Notes: a model not told the origin generated them from the sequence alone. DNA of 62,248 nt from a virus (IMGVR_UViG_3300028490_000008:1-62248); one strand, 5' to 3'. Counted from the first letter of the stretch, positions 1-9,685 are shown. Made by a program: numbers and translations.

Positions 1-1
1 C

Positions 2-556
2 AAGAAGAGCGAGAGCTTAAAGGATATTGTTATCGCCAAACTCAATGAGGAGGGTAGAGATATTGTAAGTATAGACACAGAGGTTGTAGAGACTTTTGCT
101 GTACCTGGTGACGAAGTTGTGCATACAATTAAAGAGTGGACAGGAATGGACTTTAATCTTGAGACAAAAGAGTGGACATACACTGAACCCACAGAGATGC
201 TAGAGGGAGATACTTTTTGTTATCACTCTGGTATGCATAGAGACATGAGTTGGTCTATCTTGGGTACGTATTTCAATAGTCAGGACGGAGAGGTTAGCAC
301 AATAGAGTACGCTCCTCAAGGTGCATTGGATGGAGACGATGATATCTACCATGCACTAGGCGTGATGATAGAAGATATTCTATTCAGAGAAGTAAGAGAT
401 GAGTTGACAAAAGAGAAAATCACCATGCTTGTAAATAAAGAGATAGATTATTTGCTTGATAAAGATATGGTGGAAGAGATATGCACCATGCATAGAGTGG
501 GTTCTAAGAGTAGACCTAAACCAGAGGGAGTGCCTGATGGCGAGATCCCATTTTAA
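2..556 (+). CDS. Hypothetical acidic protein, 5'-partial, with SSB-like C-terminus (PDGEIPF)
   Basis: Frame is open from base 2 to TAA at 554-556, so the GTG at 119 is probably not the start. Confidence 0.75.
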   Translation, partial: KKSESLKDIVIAKLNEEGRDIVSIDTEVVETFAVPGDEVVHTIKEWTGMDFNLETKEWTYTEPTEMLEGDTFCYHSGMHRDMSWSILGTYFNSQDGEVSTIEYAPQGALDGDDDIYHALGVMIEDILFREVRDELTKEKITMLVNKEIDYLLDKDMVEEICTMHRVGSKSRPKPEGVPDGEIPF

Positions 557-565
557 GGAGAACGT

Positions 566-778
566 ATGAGTTTTAAGTCGTACAACATGGACAATATGAA
601 GGCTAGAGATGTACTAAATCTACAAGTAGCCATTGAGAGAATGGGCTTCACCCACAATGACTACAAGATTATGCACTTCGGTAGCCATAGTATTGAACTT
701 AAAGTCAAAAACAAAGAGTTGCACTGGCTTATCAAGTCTATTGCTAAACTAAACAGAAGCAAGAAGGGAAAGAAATGA
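566..778 (+). CDS. Hypothetical protein
   Basis: AAGGAG RBS; ATGA overlap with the next gene. Confidence 0.75.
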   Translation: MSFKSYNMDNMKARDVLNLQVAIERMGFTHNDYKIMHFGSHSIELKVKNKELHWLIKSIAKLNRSKKGKK

Positions 779-1626
779 AAGATACGTTACAGGCACTAAT
801 GCAAGGAAGACTTGTCATGATGCCACAGAATTTTTATGCAGAGGCATACAAGATAGGTCCAGATGAACACGGAGATGATTGTATCGTTACTCACCCAGGT
901 AATGAAAAACTTGAGGACTATGAGATGCTTGCAATGCTCATGGACAGTGATATTCTTAAGTGGGAAATTGACGAGAGCGAGTTTCCAGACAAGACTGTCG
1001 AGGCTTACTGTGAGTATTATGGAGACGATGAAGATGATGCCTATGATGGTCCACAAAAAACAGACTGTGTGTGTAAGCGGTGCGGCAATGAAACTGTAGT
1101 AAAAGAGGATGCCTCAGACTATCCATATTACTGCTACAGTTGTGACCAGAATATGTATAGTTTTGAGGTTGAAGGAGGTGAGCCTAAATCGGTGTGTGCA
1201 GAGTATATCGAAGATGCTTCGGACATGGACACTAGGTTTTATGAAGTGTCTTGCCCTGACGGTAGCAACACCAATCTTGAAATTGAAGTAGCTCTTCTTA
1301 CTAATGAAACAGAACTCGCATGGCTTGAAGTAACTGCTCATGCAGACGGAAAGAAGGTGTTTAACTCATCTCAATGTATAGGGGAGTGGCACGACAAACT
1401 TGGGTTAACTCACACTATTAGTGAGGAATACATAACAGTCCAAGTTGCCAACTGCGACAAGAGAGCAACGCTTCAGGTGAAGGTCCAGAAAGATGAGCCA
1501 GGCATCATCTTTGATTTATTCAAGTATGAGTCCACACCAACTACTGATGCTTTTTCTGAAAGAGAAGAGGAGATTGTAGAAGCTCTTGGATATCTAACCA
1601 TGGAAGACTGTCATGAAGATACTTAA
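775..1626 (+). CDS. Hypothetical acidic protein with central Zn-ribbon
   Basis: CKRC...CYSC; coupled to neighbours. Confidence 0.7.
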   Translation: MKDTLQALMQGRLVMMPQNFYAEAYKIGPDEHGDDCIVTHPGNEKLEDYEMLAMLMDSDILKWEIDESEFPDKTVEAYCEYYGDDEDDAYDGPQKTDCVCKRCGNETVVKEDASDYPYYCYSCDQNMYSFEVEGGEPKSVCAEYIEDASDMDTRFYEVSCPDGSNTNLEIEVALLTNETELAWLEVTAHADGKKVFNSSQCIGEWHDKLGLTHTISEEYITVQVANCDKRATLQVKVQKDEPGIIFDLFKYESTPTTDAFSEREEEIVEALGYLTMEDCHEDT

Positions 1627-2032
1627 TGATGAAGAGAAATATGAGAATGAGGCATACTATATATCGTCTATAGGAACAGAAGGGATGCTTCAGATGTTTT
1701 TAGACCATGGTCTTATTGATAATATTTCAGGAGATTATGGCAGAGATGTAAGCAAGCTGTGTCATAATGCTACATTGTATTACGTAAGCATGCTAAAGGC
1801 TATGTATGGGGATATGTTAATGGATTATGTATCTGTTCATATTGGATTGTTTGATGGAATGGATCATTCTTGGCTTCAGCTAGGAGATGCCTTTATAGAC
1901 CCTACACTGCAACAGTTTGTTGACGGAGTACCAGAGGTGGCCATAGTACCAAGTGACTGCACTAGGTACAGGTCTGACAATAAAATGACGCCATCAGAAT
2001 ATATGGCTTCATTAGAAGAACAACTTAAATAA
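1613..2032 (+). CDS. Putative transglutaminase/papain-like fold protein
   Basis: LCHN...DHSWL...IDPT..QF gives a Cys-His-Asp arrangement. Confidence 0.5.
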   Translation: MKILNDEEKYENEAYYISSIGTEGMLQMFLDHGLIDNISGDYGRDVSKLCHNATLYYVSMLKAMYGDMLMDYVSVHIGLFDGMDHSWLQLGDAFIDPTLQQFVDGVPEVAIVPSDCTRYRSDNKMTPSEYMASLEEQLK

Positions 2033-2045
2033 CAGGAGATAGAAT

Positions 2046-2618
2046 ATGTATAACAAGATAACACTGGTAGGTAACTTAACGAGAGATATAGAGCTTCGAT
2101 ATACGCAGGGCGGATCTGCAATCGGAAGCACAGGTATTGCTACAAATAGAAAATGGAAGTCTCAAACTGGTGAGCAAAAAGAAGAGGTTATGTTTGTAGA
2201 CATCACATTCTTTGGTCGTTCGGCTGAGATAGCAAACCAGTACCTTCGTAAAGGAAGCAAGATCTTGGTAGACGGAAGACTCAAATTAGAGCAGTGGAAC
2301 GCACAAGATGGGAGCAAGAGATCAAAGCATAGTGTTACTGTAGAGACAATGAAGATGCTTGATGGCAACCCTAATAATCAGGGTGGTGGCAATCAGGGTG
2401 GATACCAAAACAACAACAACCAAGCAGGTGGTCAAAATGGTGGGTACCAGAATAATGGCCATCAAAATAACGGGAACCAGAATAATGGGAACCAAAATAA
2501 CGGACACCAGAACAATGGGAACCAGAACAACAGGAACCAGAATAATGGTGGTCAAGGCAATGGTCAGCCTGATGGAATTCCTGAGATTGATATCAATGAG
2601 GATGAAATTCCATTTTAA
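2046..2618 (+). CDS. ssb: Single-stranded DNA-binding protein
   Basis: NKITLVGNLTRDIELRY OB-fold start, N/Q/G linker, acidic tail IDINEDEIPF; AGGAG RBS. Confidence 0.98.
   Translation: MYNKITLVGNLTRDIELRYTQGGSAIGSTGIATNRKWKSQTGEQKEEVMFVDITFFGRSAEIANQYLRKGSKILVDGRLKLEQWNAQDGSKRSKHSVTVETMKMLDGNPNNQGGGNQGGYQNNNNQAGGQNGGYQNNGHQNNGNQNNGNQNNGHQNNGNQNNRNQNNGGQGNGQPDGIPEIDINEDEIPF
2448..2552 (+). repeat. About 7 imperfect 15-bp tandem units encoding QNNG[HN] in the SSB linker
   Basis: cagaataatggccat caaaataacgggaac cagaataatgggaac caaaataacggacac ... Confidence 0.9.
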
Positions 2619-2676
2619 CGGGTAGGCAGGCACTCTGCCTGTCATTCACAAAATAAAAACACAAAGGAAAAATCGG

Positions 2677-3534
2677 ATGAGATTAGTACGGAAAGAAAAG
2701 AGTAGTGGGACATGGGGTATAACCTGTAGTTCGAGAGGTGATGATAATGAGAACTTCATACTGTTATGGTTAGGGTCTGTAGTCTATACATATTATTTTG
2801 ACTGGTTCTTCTTGAAACCATATACATATGAGTGGACATACAACGGAACAACGCACAAAGACATGATCGCAGCAAGAGAGCTAGGGTTCACTATTAGTCT
2901 TGGTGAATACGACGGATACATCAGCATTAGATATGGTGCGGACAAAGACTTCCTTATGACAAACAGGAAGGATAATAGCAACATTAAACATATCACCACG
3001 TTTAGAAGAATGTGGTCTATACCATGGATGCACTCAACATTTAGAGAGCATGCATTGCTTAATATGGACGGCACAGTATTTGTTGTCGTTGATAGAAAAT
3101 GCAACCTTGGGAACGTAGGCGAGAACCCTTGGGACTACACCGGTCATGAGAGAATGAAATTTACTTTCTATGACGGATATGATGGAGATGTAATCACTGC
3201 AACAATATATAGGGAGCGACGAACTTGGACAAAAGGTGAGAGCTGGATGAGTTGGCTTAGATATCTCACCAAGCCTATTGTGTCCGACTCTATTAGTCTT
3301 GACTATAACAAAGAGGTGGGGCGTGGCAAAGGCTCTTACAAGGGAGGCATTACGGGGCAAGGTACAGAGGTCAAAAAAGGGGAGTCCGTCTTGGGTACGT
3401 GTATGCGTTTCTGTAGTGAAGCAGGGCATACTTTTATTGACTTTGAAAAAGACCTTAGCGGACATCGTGTATACAAGAATGTACACATAGAGCGTAAACC
3501 TATAGAGGCCAAAGGTCAAGGGGGTGTGCTTTGA
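2677..3534 (+). CDS. Hypothetical protein
   Basis: 285-aa ORF with AAAGGA RBS; no motif recognised. Confidence 0.75.
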   Translation: MRLVRKEKSSGTWGITCSSRGDDNENFILLWLGSVVYTYYFDWFFLKPYTYEWTYNGTTHKDMIAARELGFTISLGEYDGYISIRYGADKDFLMTNRKDNSNIKHITTFRRMWSIPWMHSTFREHALLNMDGTVFVVVDRKCNLGNVGENPWDYTGHERMKFTFYDGYDGDVITATIYRERRTWTKGESWMSWLRYLTKPIVSDSISLDYNKEVGRGKGSYKGGITGQGTEVKKGESVLGTCMRFCSEAGHTFIDFEKDLSGHRVYKNVHIERKPIEAKGQGGVL

Positions 3535-4427
3535 AACACCCAATATATGAATATTCTTTAACATGGATACGGAACGCTGCTGATCTAATGGGTGAAGGAA
3601 AATATGAAGAAGCAGACAAGATCATATCTGCCAAAACAAAAGGAGAGGAAGCAGAAGAGACTCTATACCCTATGTATTCCATGATGGCTGCAAGTATTGC
3701 TGCCGTAAAAGAAGGCGGATATGTAAATATTGATGCCTCAAGTGACAACTGGTATACAGAAATGTCTAGGAAGGTAATCTCTGCTTTAGCTGTGAAAAAC
3801 TTCAAGATGCCATTCGGTTCTGGTGTTATTTCAATAGACACAGGGAAATATTTATTCTTCAGTGATGAGAAAGGCATTGCTATAACAATGCTGTGGGATA
3901 CTATTCTGTTTGGGCCAGACAAGAAGGAGATGTCAAGAAGAATAGAAACTATCGACATGGATGAGGTGGCAGGTCTTGTAGAGGACTCCGTTTCATTTGC
4001 ATTTGTGATAATGAAAAATGAAGATGGGACAATAGGTGAGTCTATGGAGCAACAATTCTTTGACGAAAATATAGAGGATCGTCAGAAGAAAACCGTGTAT
4101 GCAATCCTTTCGGCATTGATGTATGTGTCCATGTCGAACTCATCAGTAGAAGAGTTTTCTGATACAGTTAAGCGGAAAAAGGTTCTGCACAAAAAAAGAA
4201 AAGGTGTTCCAAAACATGTAATGAACGTGATAAATGTTAGGCAAAAGGTTCGCAAAAGTACAGGGGTAGCAATATCTGACAGTACACCTTCTGACAAGAT
4301 GTGGATTGTTAGGGGGCATTGGAGAAACCAGTGGTATGCAAAAGATGGTGTCCATAAACCAAAATGGATAGACCCTCACTTCAAAGGAAAAGGAAAAGAG
4401 TTTGCAGAGAAAATATACAAGGTGTGA
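3531..4427 (+). CDS. Hypothetical phage protein with C-terminal VRGHWRxQ...WIxP motif
   Basis: WIVRGHWRNQWY...KWIDPHFKG, a motif I recall from uncharacterised phage proteins; TTG start overlaps the upstream stop. Confidence 0.7.
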   Translation: MKHPIYEYSLTWIRNAADLMGEGKYEEADKIISAKTKGEEAEETLYPMYSMMAASIAAVKEGGYVNIDASSDNWYTEMSRKVISALAVKNFKMPFGSGVISIDTGKYLFFSDEKGIAITMLWDTILFGPDKKEMSRRIETIDMDEVAGLVEDSVSFAFVIMKNEDGTIGESMEQQFFDENIEDRQKKTVYAILSALMYVSMSNSSVEEFSDTVKRKKVLHKKRKGVPKHVMNVINVRQKVRKSTGVAISDSTPSDKMWIVRGHWRNQWYAKDGVHKPKWIDPHFKGKGKEFAEKIYKV

Positions 4428-4430
4428 TTT

Positions 4431-4667
4431 ATGTGTGTAGACTTACATGATATGTTTGGTATGTTTTTTGAGGAGTTCAAAATAAGACTATTCTCAATAA
4501 ACGTAGATGCAGAAGATGCAAGTGCTGTGCTAAAGGCACGGAAGAAGGCAAGGCATGTATCTCAATTACGTGTGCTTGAGGAAAGAATGTCAGAGCTTAC
4601 TCCGAAAGAGATACGCTTAGTGCGTCAAGCTCTGGACAGGACACCATTAAGGAGCAAAGATGGGTGA
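4431..4667 (+). CDS. Hypothetical protein
   Basis: Fills the gap in a coupled gene run. Confidence 0.6.
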   Translation: MCVDLHDMFGMFFEEFKIRLFSINVDAEDASAVLKARKKARHVSQLRVLEERMSELTPKEIRLVRQALDRTPLRSKDG

Positions 4668-4905
4668 AACATTACAGGAAATACTACAGTCCATAAATGA
4701 CAGCATAGGCGTAGTTATCTATATAGTAGGGCATGAGGGTGATATAGTAAGTCTATTCGCAGGAAATGGTGAAGGTATTGAGTATTTAATTATGGTCGGT
4801 GACAACAAAGAGGTATCTTTGTATTTGAAGGGTGTCCGTAGTGGCGTAAACACCATGATACAACAGAGAATGATTGAGAGAGAAGCGAACAAAGAAGGAG
4901 CTTGA
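4660..4905 (+). CDS. Hypothetical protein
   Basis: AAGGAG RBS, overlapping the previous gene. Confidence 0.7.
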   Translation: MGETLQEILQSINDSIGVVIYIVGHEGDIVSLFAGNGEGIEYLIMVGDNKEVSLYLKGVRSGVNTMIQQRMIEREANKEGA

Positions 4906-4906
4906 G

Positions 4907-5239
4907 ATGGAAAATAACGGGAAGAGAGTGAAGTGTTCTTGTGGCTCAACACTTGTGCATGTGGACACCGTTCATGAGTGTAGTACATGTAAACAGAATG
5001 GGTTTATTTTAAGCCCAGATACAGCAGAAGCCCTTGGTGTTGGAGAGAAGTATATGTATTATGATGAACGGCTAAGGATAGATGCTGGAACCATGTTAAA
5101 CAAGACTATATCACGTACAGAGTGTGAAGACAGTGGTGAGTGCGACATGGGTACTAATTGGAATGCAGGGTGTTCACTGTACATCTGTGCAGAATGTGAT
5201 AAGACAGTTGACTTTGTTGCATTTGTGGATGGTTGCTAA
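4907..5239 (+). CDS. Cys-rich putative Zn-binding protein
   Basis: ATG at 4907 after AAGGAG; CSC, CSTC and CAEC motifs. Confidence 0.7.
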   Translation: MENNGKRVKCSCGSTLVHVDTVHECSTCKQNGFILSPDTAEALGVGEKYMYYDERLRIDAGTMLNKTISRTECEDSGECDMGTNWNAGCSLYICAECDKTVDFVAFVDGC

Positions 5240-5240
5240 T

Positions 5241-5504
5241 ATGTATTTTTCTTGTAGCAATGAGCTTGCAGATAAGCTTACTCGACCAGGGATGATACTT
5301 ACTCATGCAGAGCTTGAGCCAGAGTATATGTTTTTTGATCCAGACATGCATAACCCATTTAGAGTAGGAGACTATACTGTTGGAGACAGACCAATAGATG
5401 AAGAGTGGCTATGTTTTAATGAGGAAACAGAGTGGTATCGTATTTACCTAAATGATGACAACACAAGAATAATAGGAGAGACTGATGAGCAAAGAGAAGA
5501 GTAA
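5241..5504 (+). CDS. Hypothetical protein
   Basis: ATG 1 nt after the upstream TAA (start revised from 5124). Confidence 0.65.
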   Translation: MYFSCSNELADKLTRPGMILTHAELEPEYMFFDPDMHNPFRVGDYTVGDRPIDEEWLCFNEETEWYRIYLNDDNTRIIGETDEQREE

Positions 5505-5703
5505 GAAAGCATTGCATGTGATGTACGGATTTGCAGATGCTTTTAGAACAGATGAAGAACCGTATGCAAAAAAGGGTGCGAAGCTTATTCAGTCATATGA
5601 AGATGCGAGCGAAGAGAAGAAAGATATCATGGACGACATGATGATAACACTGTGTGGGTATTCTGTGCACACACTAACAAAAGGGAGCGATGATGAGCTG
5701 TGA
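5485..5703 (+). CDS. Hypothetical protein
   Basis: AGGAG RBS; coupled. Confidence 0.7.
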   Translation: MSKEKSKKALHVMYGFADAFRTDEEPYAKKGAKLIQSYEDASEEKKDIMDDMMITLCGYSVHTLTKGSDDEL

Positions 5704-6490
5704 TATGGAATACAGAGGAAGCATAGAATTTACGGGGGCTATTAGTGATCTCGAAAAGGTGTATGCTATAGTCGATGGATTATCATCAACACGTAGAGTG
5801 AAGAGAGACATGTCTTTGGCACCAAAGCTTACAGAGGACACGAATGGGTTTGGTGTTGAGGGAGAGTTTTATTTTGGTGATGATAAGACAACGATTGTGA
5901 ATAACAACACTCCTCCGGGGGAACAACCTTCTTTGTATTGTGGGTGGATGCCTAATGCTCTAGGTGAGATATACTGGAACTATGAAGAGAGAGCAGATAC
6001 TGTTGATGGTTGGATATGCTATATAGTAGAACATGTAATCAAAGCGAATAACTGTGTTGCTAATTGTGATATAGAGTTTCGTGGTGCAGACTGGGATCTC
6101 TGGGGTACGGTTGTAATCAAGGATAATGTAGTGGAAGTATACGATGGTCCATATAAAGAGGAGATAGCATCTCCACTTGTAGCCATGACTGCTATCAGAT
6201 ATTTTAACCCCTCGCAACTAGATGACCCATCAATCGTTCGAGCTGTGTCGGATATGAGTTCTGATGATATGGGTAATTGGTATTGTCTCTTGTTCTACTC
6301 TACATTAAATGAGCTTGTAGAAGAAGGTGTTACTGAAGCTGTAAATCAGCACGACTTAGATATAATTACAGACTTAGTGTCCGAAGTTATCGGGCATGAA
6401 GACGATGAGGCAGGTACTCCAAAGTACCCGGAAATATATATGTTTAGCGACCATGTTGCAACAGAAGAAATAGGAGAAAGAAATGAGTAA
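5690..6490 (+). CDS. Hypothetical phage protein
   Basis: 266-aa ORF in a coupled run; GVEGEFY...PPGEQPSLYCGW segment, function unknown. Confidence 0.7.
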   Translation: MMSCDMEYRGSIEFTGAISDLEKVYAIVDGLSSTRRVKRDMSLAPKLTEDTNGFGVEGEFYFGDDKTTIVNNNTPPGEQPSLYCGWMPNALGEIYWNYEERADTVDGWICYIVEHVIKANNCVANCDIEFRGADWDLWGTVVIKDNVVEVYDGPYKEEIASPLVAMTAIRYFNPSQLDDPSIVRAVSDMSSDDMGNWYCLLFYSTLNELVEEGVTEAVNQHDLDIITDLVSEVIGHEDDEAGTPKYPEIYMFSDHVATEEIGERNE

Positions 6491-6809
6491 GATCGTAAAA
6501 GTTACAAAAGACAATAAAGATGAGGTTATCGGAAAAGGTATAGTGTTGCTAGACTTTTGGGCAGAGTGGTGTGGACCGTGTAGAATGATTGCACCGGTAC
6601 TAGAAGAGTTGTCTGAGGATAACGACGTTGCTGTTATTGCAAAAGTAAACACAGATGAAGAACAGGATATAGCAGTATCATATGGCATCCGTTCTATACC
6701 AACAGTTCTTTTGTTTGTAGATGGGGTTGAAGTAGACAGAACAGTTGGGGCAACATCGAAACGAGGCTATCAAGATATGATTGACAAACACACAGTGGAA
6801 GGTAAATAG
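6483..6809 (+). CDS. trxA: Thioredoxin
   Basis: DFWAEWCGPCRMIAP, KVNTDE, GIRSIPT. Confidence 0.97.
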   Translation: MSKIVKVTKDNKDEVIGKGIVLLDFWAEWCGPCRMIAPVLEELSEDNDVAVIAKVNTDEEQDIAVSYGIRSIPTVLLFVDGVEVDRTVGATSKRGYQDMIDKHTVEGK

Positions 6810-6810
6810 C

Positions 6811-8022
6811 ATGAACAAAATTACAGCAGTTGGACTATTGGCAAATGGAGAGTGTGATGCAATCATGCATGGCACTTCGGAGTTTATTCTTAATGGTGAG
6901 GATATCGTAAACAAGCGTAGTAAAAAAGCATTGGATATGAAGAAGATGTTTGAAGAGGGTTGGGACACAAAGCTTCTTCCTAGATGGGATGATGCAATGA
7001 GTGATGGGCAAGAGTCCCCAACGCTGTGTGTGTTAGAGAATGATGGTTCTGTAATCATTATCCTTAGCAAGACAGAAGATGGCGATTACATCACCTCTTA
7101 TGGGGAGATATATGACAAGGAAACCTATGGGCAACTACGTCCAGCAACAAGAGATGAAGCATTAGCTTTAGTGGCTGACATCAAGGATACTCCCCAACCA
7201 AGAGCGAAGCCAAAAGCCAAGCCTAAAGCAGAGGATGTTGCGAAGCCTGTCTCGGAGCCGGAAGTAGTAGAGACTATCCCAAAAGCAGTAAGCTCAGAAG
7301 ACTTTGTTCAAGAGATGTTACACGAAAAACATAAACCTGCCGTAATTAAAGGCGAGACTGATATTAGCCAGACCGGTGAAAAGTTTGGTATTGACCTCGG
7401 TGCCCCAGGTGGAGATACAGGTGTTACCATGGAGATAGATTTAGGAGAGGAGTTGCCTGCTACACAAGACCATCCAGATGCACACCCAGTTGCAGAGGGA
7501 ATTGATCTTGTTGATACAACAACACCTTTTGATATTGATCCGGAAGATACCATTCCATTTGAGGTGGAGACCCCAAAGCAACAGGAGGCATGTCCTCCTA
7601 CGAAATCAGAGAATACTGTATCGCCAAAGGAAGGGACTACTGACATCAAGCGAAAGTTTGTAAGTCTAGGACTAGACCCAAGTTTCTGGGATGATTTTAA
7701 AGGCAAGCAGGAAGCAGCAGGGGTAGATCTCAATACGGTAGTCCTTAAAGGTGATGGTGAGCTTGGCAGTATGGTAATTACATACTTAGAGCAGAGAGCA
7801 AAAGCAACACCGTCTGAGCCAGCGAATGCAGGACAACTAACTCCTGCTGAAATCATCGATAGACTTGAGCCTCTGCTTGACTTTGGGCTAGACGAAGAGG
7901 ATGCTGTAGAGTTCTACAACTTCTTTAAGCTAGACAAGTTCAGTCTGCAAGATGTAGTGAGTAATGCGACAGATGAAGAAGTGACCGACAAGGTTCAAGA
8001 ATTTTATGATGCGAGAGCATAA
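6811..8022 (+). CDS. Acidic hypothetical protein with long Pro/Glu-rich linker
   Basis: ATG 1 nt after the trxA stop; low-complexity middle region. Confidence 0.75.
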   Translation: MNKITAVGLLANGECDAIMHGTSEFILNGEDIVNKRSKKALDMKKMFEEGWDTKLLPRWDDAMSDGQESPTLCVLENDGSVIIILSKTEDGDYITSYGEIYDKETYGQLRPATRDEALALVADIKDTPQPRAKPKAKPKAEDVAKPVSEPEVVETIPKAVSSEDFVQEMLHEKHKPAVIKGETDISQTGEKFGIDLGAPGGDTGVTMEIDLGEELPATQDHPDAHPVAEGIDLVDTTTPFDIDPEDTIPFEVETPKQQEACPPTKSENTVSPKEGTTDIKRKFVSLGLDPSFWDDFKGKQEAAGVDLNTVVLKGDGELGSMVITYLEQRAKATPSEPANAGQLTPAEIIDRLEPLLDFGLDEEDAVEFYNFFKLDKFSLQDVVSNATDEEVTDKVQEFYDARA

Positions 8023-8031
8023 AGGATAAAC

Positions 8032-8355
8032 ATGGAAACACTACTACTTGAAAAAGAAAAGACGCTCATCGTATGGTGGGCACCGGATGCAGAGAACGAG
8101 AAAGTCTTTGTACTTCCTACTCCTACCGTAGAGATGGGAGTGCAGACAATACAGTTGTTATCGGCATACGATAGCTTCTTGGATGAGAATGATTTCAGAG
8201 TCAGACAGAACAGCAATGGAGCCCTTGGCTTCATGGGTGAAGATGGTGAGATTATTCCATGGTCCATCACAAGTATTGCACATGGGGGCAAGCAGTTTAC
8301 TGACCCCTTTGAGTACCTTGAGGCAAAGTATTCTAGCCAGCAGATCATAACATGA
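8032..8355 (+). CDS. P22 gp17-like protein (superinfection-exclusion-related family)
   Basis: LIVWWAP..F..PTVEMG..L.AYD.F..N..N....DGE..W matches the pattern I recall for P22 gp17 (LRVWHIPQ..SVEEG..LADYDAFQ..N). Confidence 0.6.
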   Translation: METLLLEKEKTLIVWWAPDAENEKVFVLPTPTVEMGVQTIQLLSAYDSFLDENDFRVRQNSNGALGFMGEDGEIIPWSITSIAHGGKQFTDPFEYLEAKYSSQQIIT

Positions 8356-8558
8356 GTGGCAAGGTAGCTATTAAAGTACATGCTATATCTGCAGAGTTTG
8401 CAGATGGAGCAGAGCTTGAGCAAAGACCTGTGTTTCTGAACGCTACAGATGCCCAAGCGTGTGCGGAAGCAATGGGCAAGGCGACAAACATAAAGATGTG
8501 CCAGAGCTGGCTTGCTACGATTACTGTAGACGAAGAGGAAGCAAAACTGTACAAGTAA
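8352..8558 (+). CDS. Hypothetical protein
   Basis: ATGA overlap with the upstream gene. Confidence 0.6.
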   Translation: MSGKVAIKVHAISAEFADGAELEQRPVFLNATDAQACAEAMGKATNIKMCQSWLATITVDEEEAKLYK

Positions 8559-8577
8559 ATATATGAAAGGAGAACCT

Positions 8578-8634
8578 ATGAAGAAGATTTATGCTGATGG
8601 CGGCGACTTGTTTAAAGAAGGCGGAGACGCCTAG
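8578..8634 (+). CDS. Putative 18-aa peptide MKKIYADGGDLFKEGGDA
   Basis: AAAGGAG RBS shortly before the ATG; lies directly before the terminator. Confidence 0.4.
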   Translation: MKKIYADGGDLFKEGGDA

Positions 8635-8642
8635 CCTTAATA

Positions 8643-8679
8643 CCCTCTCGAAAGAGAGGGCGTACCACTTGTTTTTTTT
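8643..8679 (+). terminator. Terminator hairpin between convergent blocks
   Basis: CCCTCTC-GAAA-GAGAGGG, with a T8 run about 11 nt downstream. Confidence 0.7.
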
Positions 8680-8688
8680 AGATTACGT

Positions 8689-9675
8689 TTATAATTGAAT
8701 TGAAGATTTAGATATACTCGTGAACTTTCGGAACAAATACTCTACTAACATCTTACTCTGATCCTCTGTCAAGTATGCGTCCTCTCCACCATAGATAAGA
8801 GCTGAGCCAGACAACTCTACGAATGCATCAACTTTTGCTTTAAGTTCAGCATCAGTAAAGACATCCTCCAAGTGTAGCTCTATCTCATCACCATACTTCT
8901 TGAAGTCTTGACGGTCTAACTTACGCAGTGTAAAGATATTGGTTAGCTCATCTACAGGCTCAGGAATGACGGCATTGCTATTGATGATGCCATCTTCACG
9001 TATCACATGCTTTAGTATCTCCTCTTTTCCCTCTAGTAGAGAAGTGAATGCTATATCACTAGAGAGCAGACCTCCATCTATTGTCACGTTCGTAAACTCA
9101 AACATAGAAGAGTCTTTCCTTTTTATAATCACACCATTAGTGAGGCTCATCTTGACATCCCATGTAGCGTCACCTACATCAATGGTGTCTCCTATTTTGT
9201 AGAACATCTGGTCAAATACAGATATAGGGAACACAGTGTTGTCATCATCAGTAGCACTATTGAAAACTAACCCACTGTCATACTTCATATGTTCTGCATG
9301 GATGCTTCCGTCTTTGGCTACTGACAGTTCCTCAAGTGCTTCTTTAGTTAAGAGAGAGTTGTCTGTGATAGATCCTATTGGAGAAAGTCTTACGATCCCT
9401 AGAATGTTTGTGTTTAGAGGATAGAAATAGTTTATCATTGAAGTCTCATCATACTCAAAGAATTGAGATGCTGTGTACCCCGATAACGCTATGCCATTTG
9501 CAGTAATTTTGGTATCTGCAGCCACGCTCATTCTCACTGACCCATAGTAGTCATACGATCTAAGGAAGTCAAATGCTAGGTCAGCACCAGAGTTAGCTGT
9601 GTTCACGAGTGTCTGTGAGTATTGCAGTGCTTTTATGAAACTGTCCATGTCCTCGATAGTTATTTGTTCTGCCAT
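8689..9675 (-). CDS. Hypothetical protein
   Basis: 328-aa acidic ORF with AAGGA RBS. Confidence 0.8.
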   Translation of the reverse strand: MAEQITIEDMDSFIKALQYSQTLVNTANSGADLAFDFLRSYDYYGSVRMSVAADTKITANGIALSGYTASQFFEYDETSMINYFYPLNTNILGIVRLSPIGSITDNSLLTKEALEELSVAKDGSIHAEHMKYDSGLVFNSATDDDNTVFPISVFDQMFYKIGDTIDVGDATWDVKMSLTNGVIIKRKDSSMFEFTNVTIDGGLLSSDIAFTSLLEGKEEILKHVIREDGIINSNAVIPEPVDELTNIFTLRKLDRQDFKKYGDEIELHLEDVFTDAELKAKVDAFVELSGSALIYGGEDAYLTEDQSKMLVEYLFRKFTSISKSSIQL

Positions 9676-9685
9676 AATATTGTCC

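Noticed and set aside
2625-2640. Hairpin AGGCAG/CTGCCT after ssb as an intrinsic terminator
   Set aside because: The stem is real but lacks a U-tract, and genes continue on the same strand; more likely a stabilising or processing hairpin
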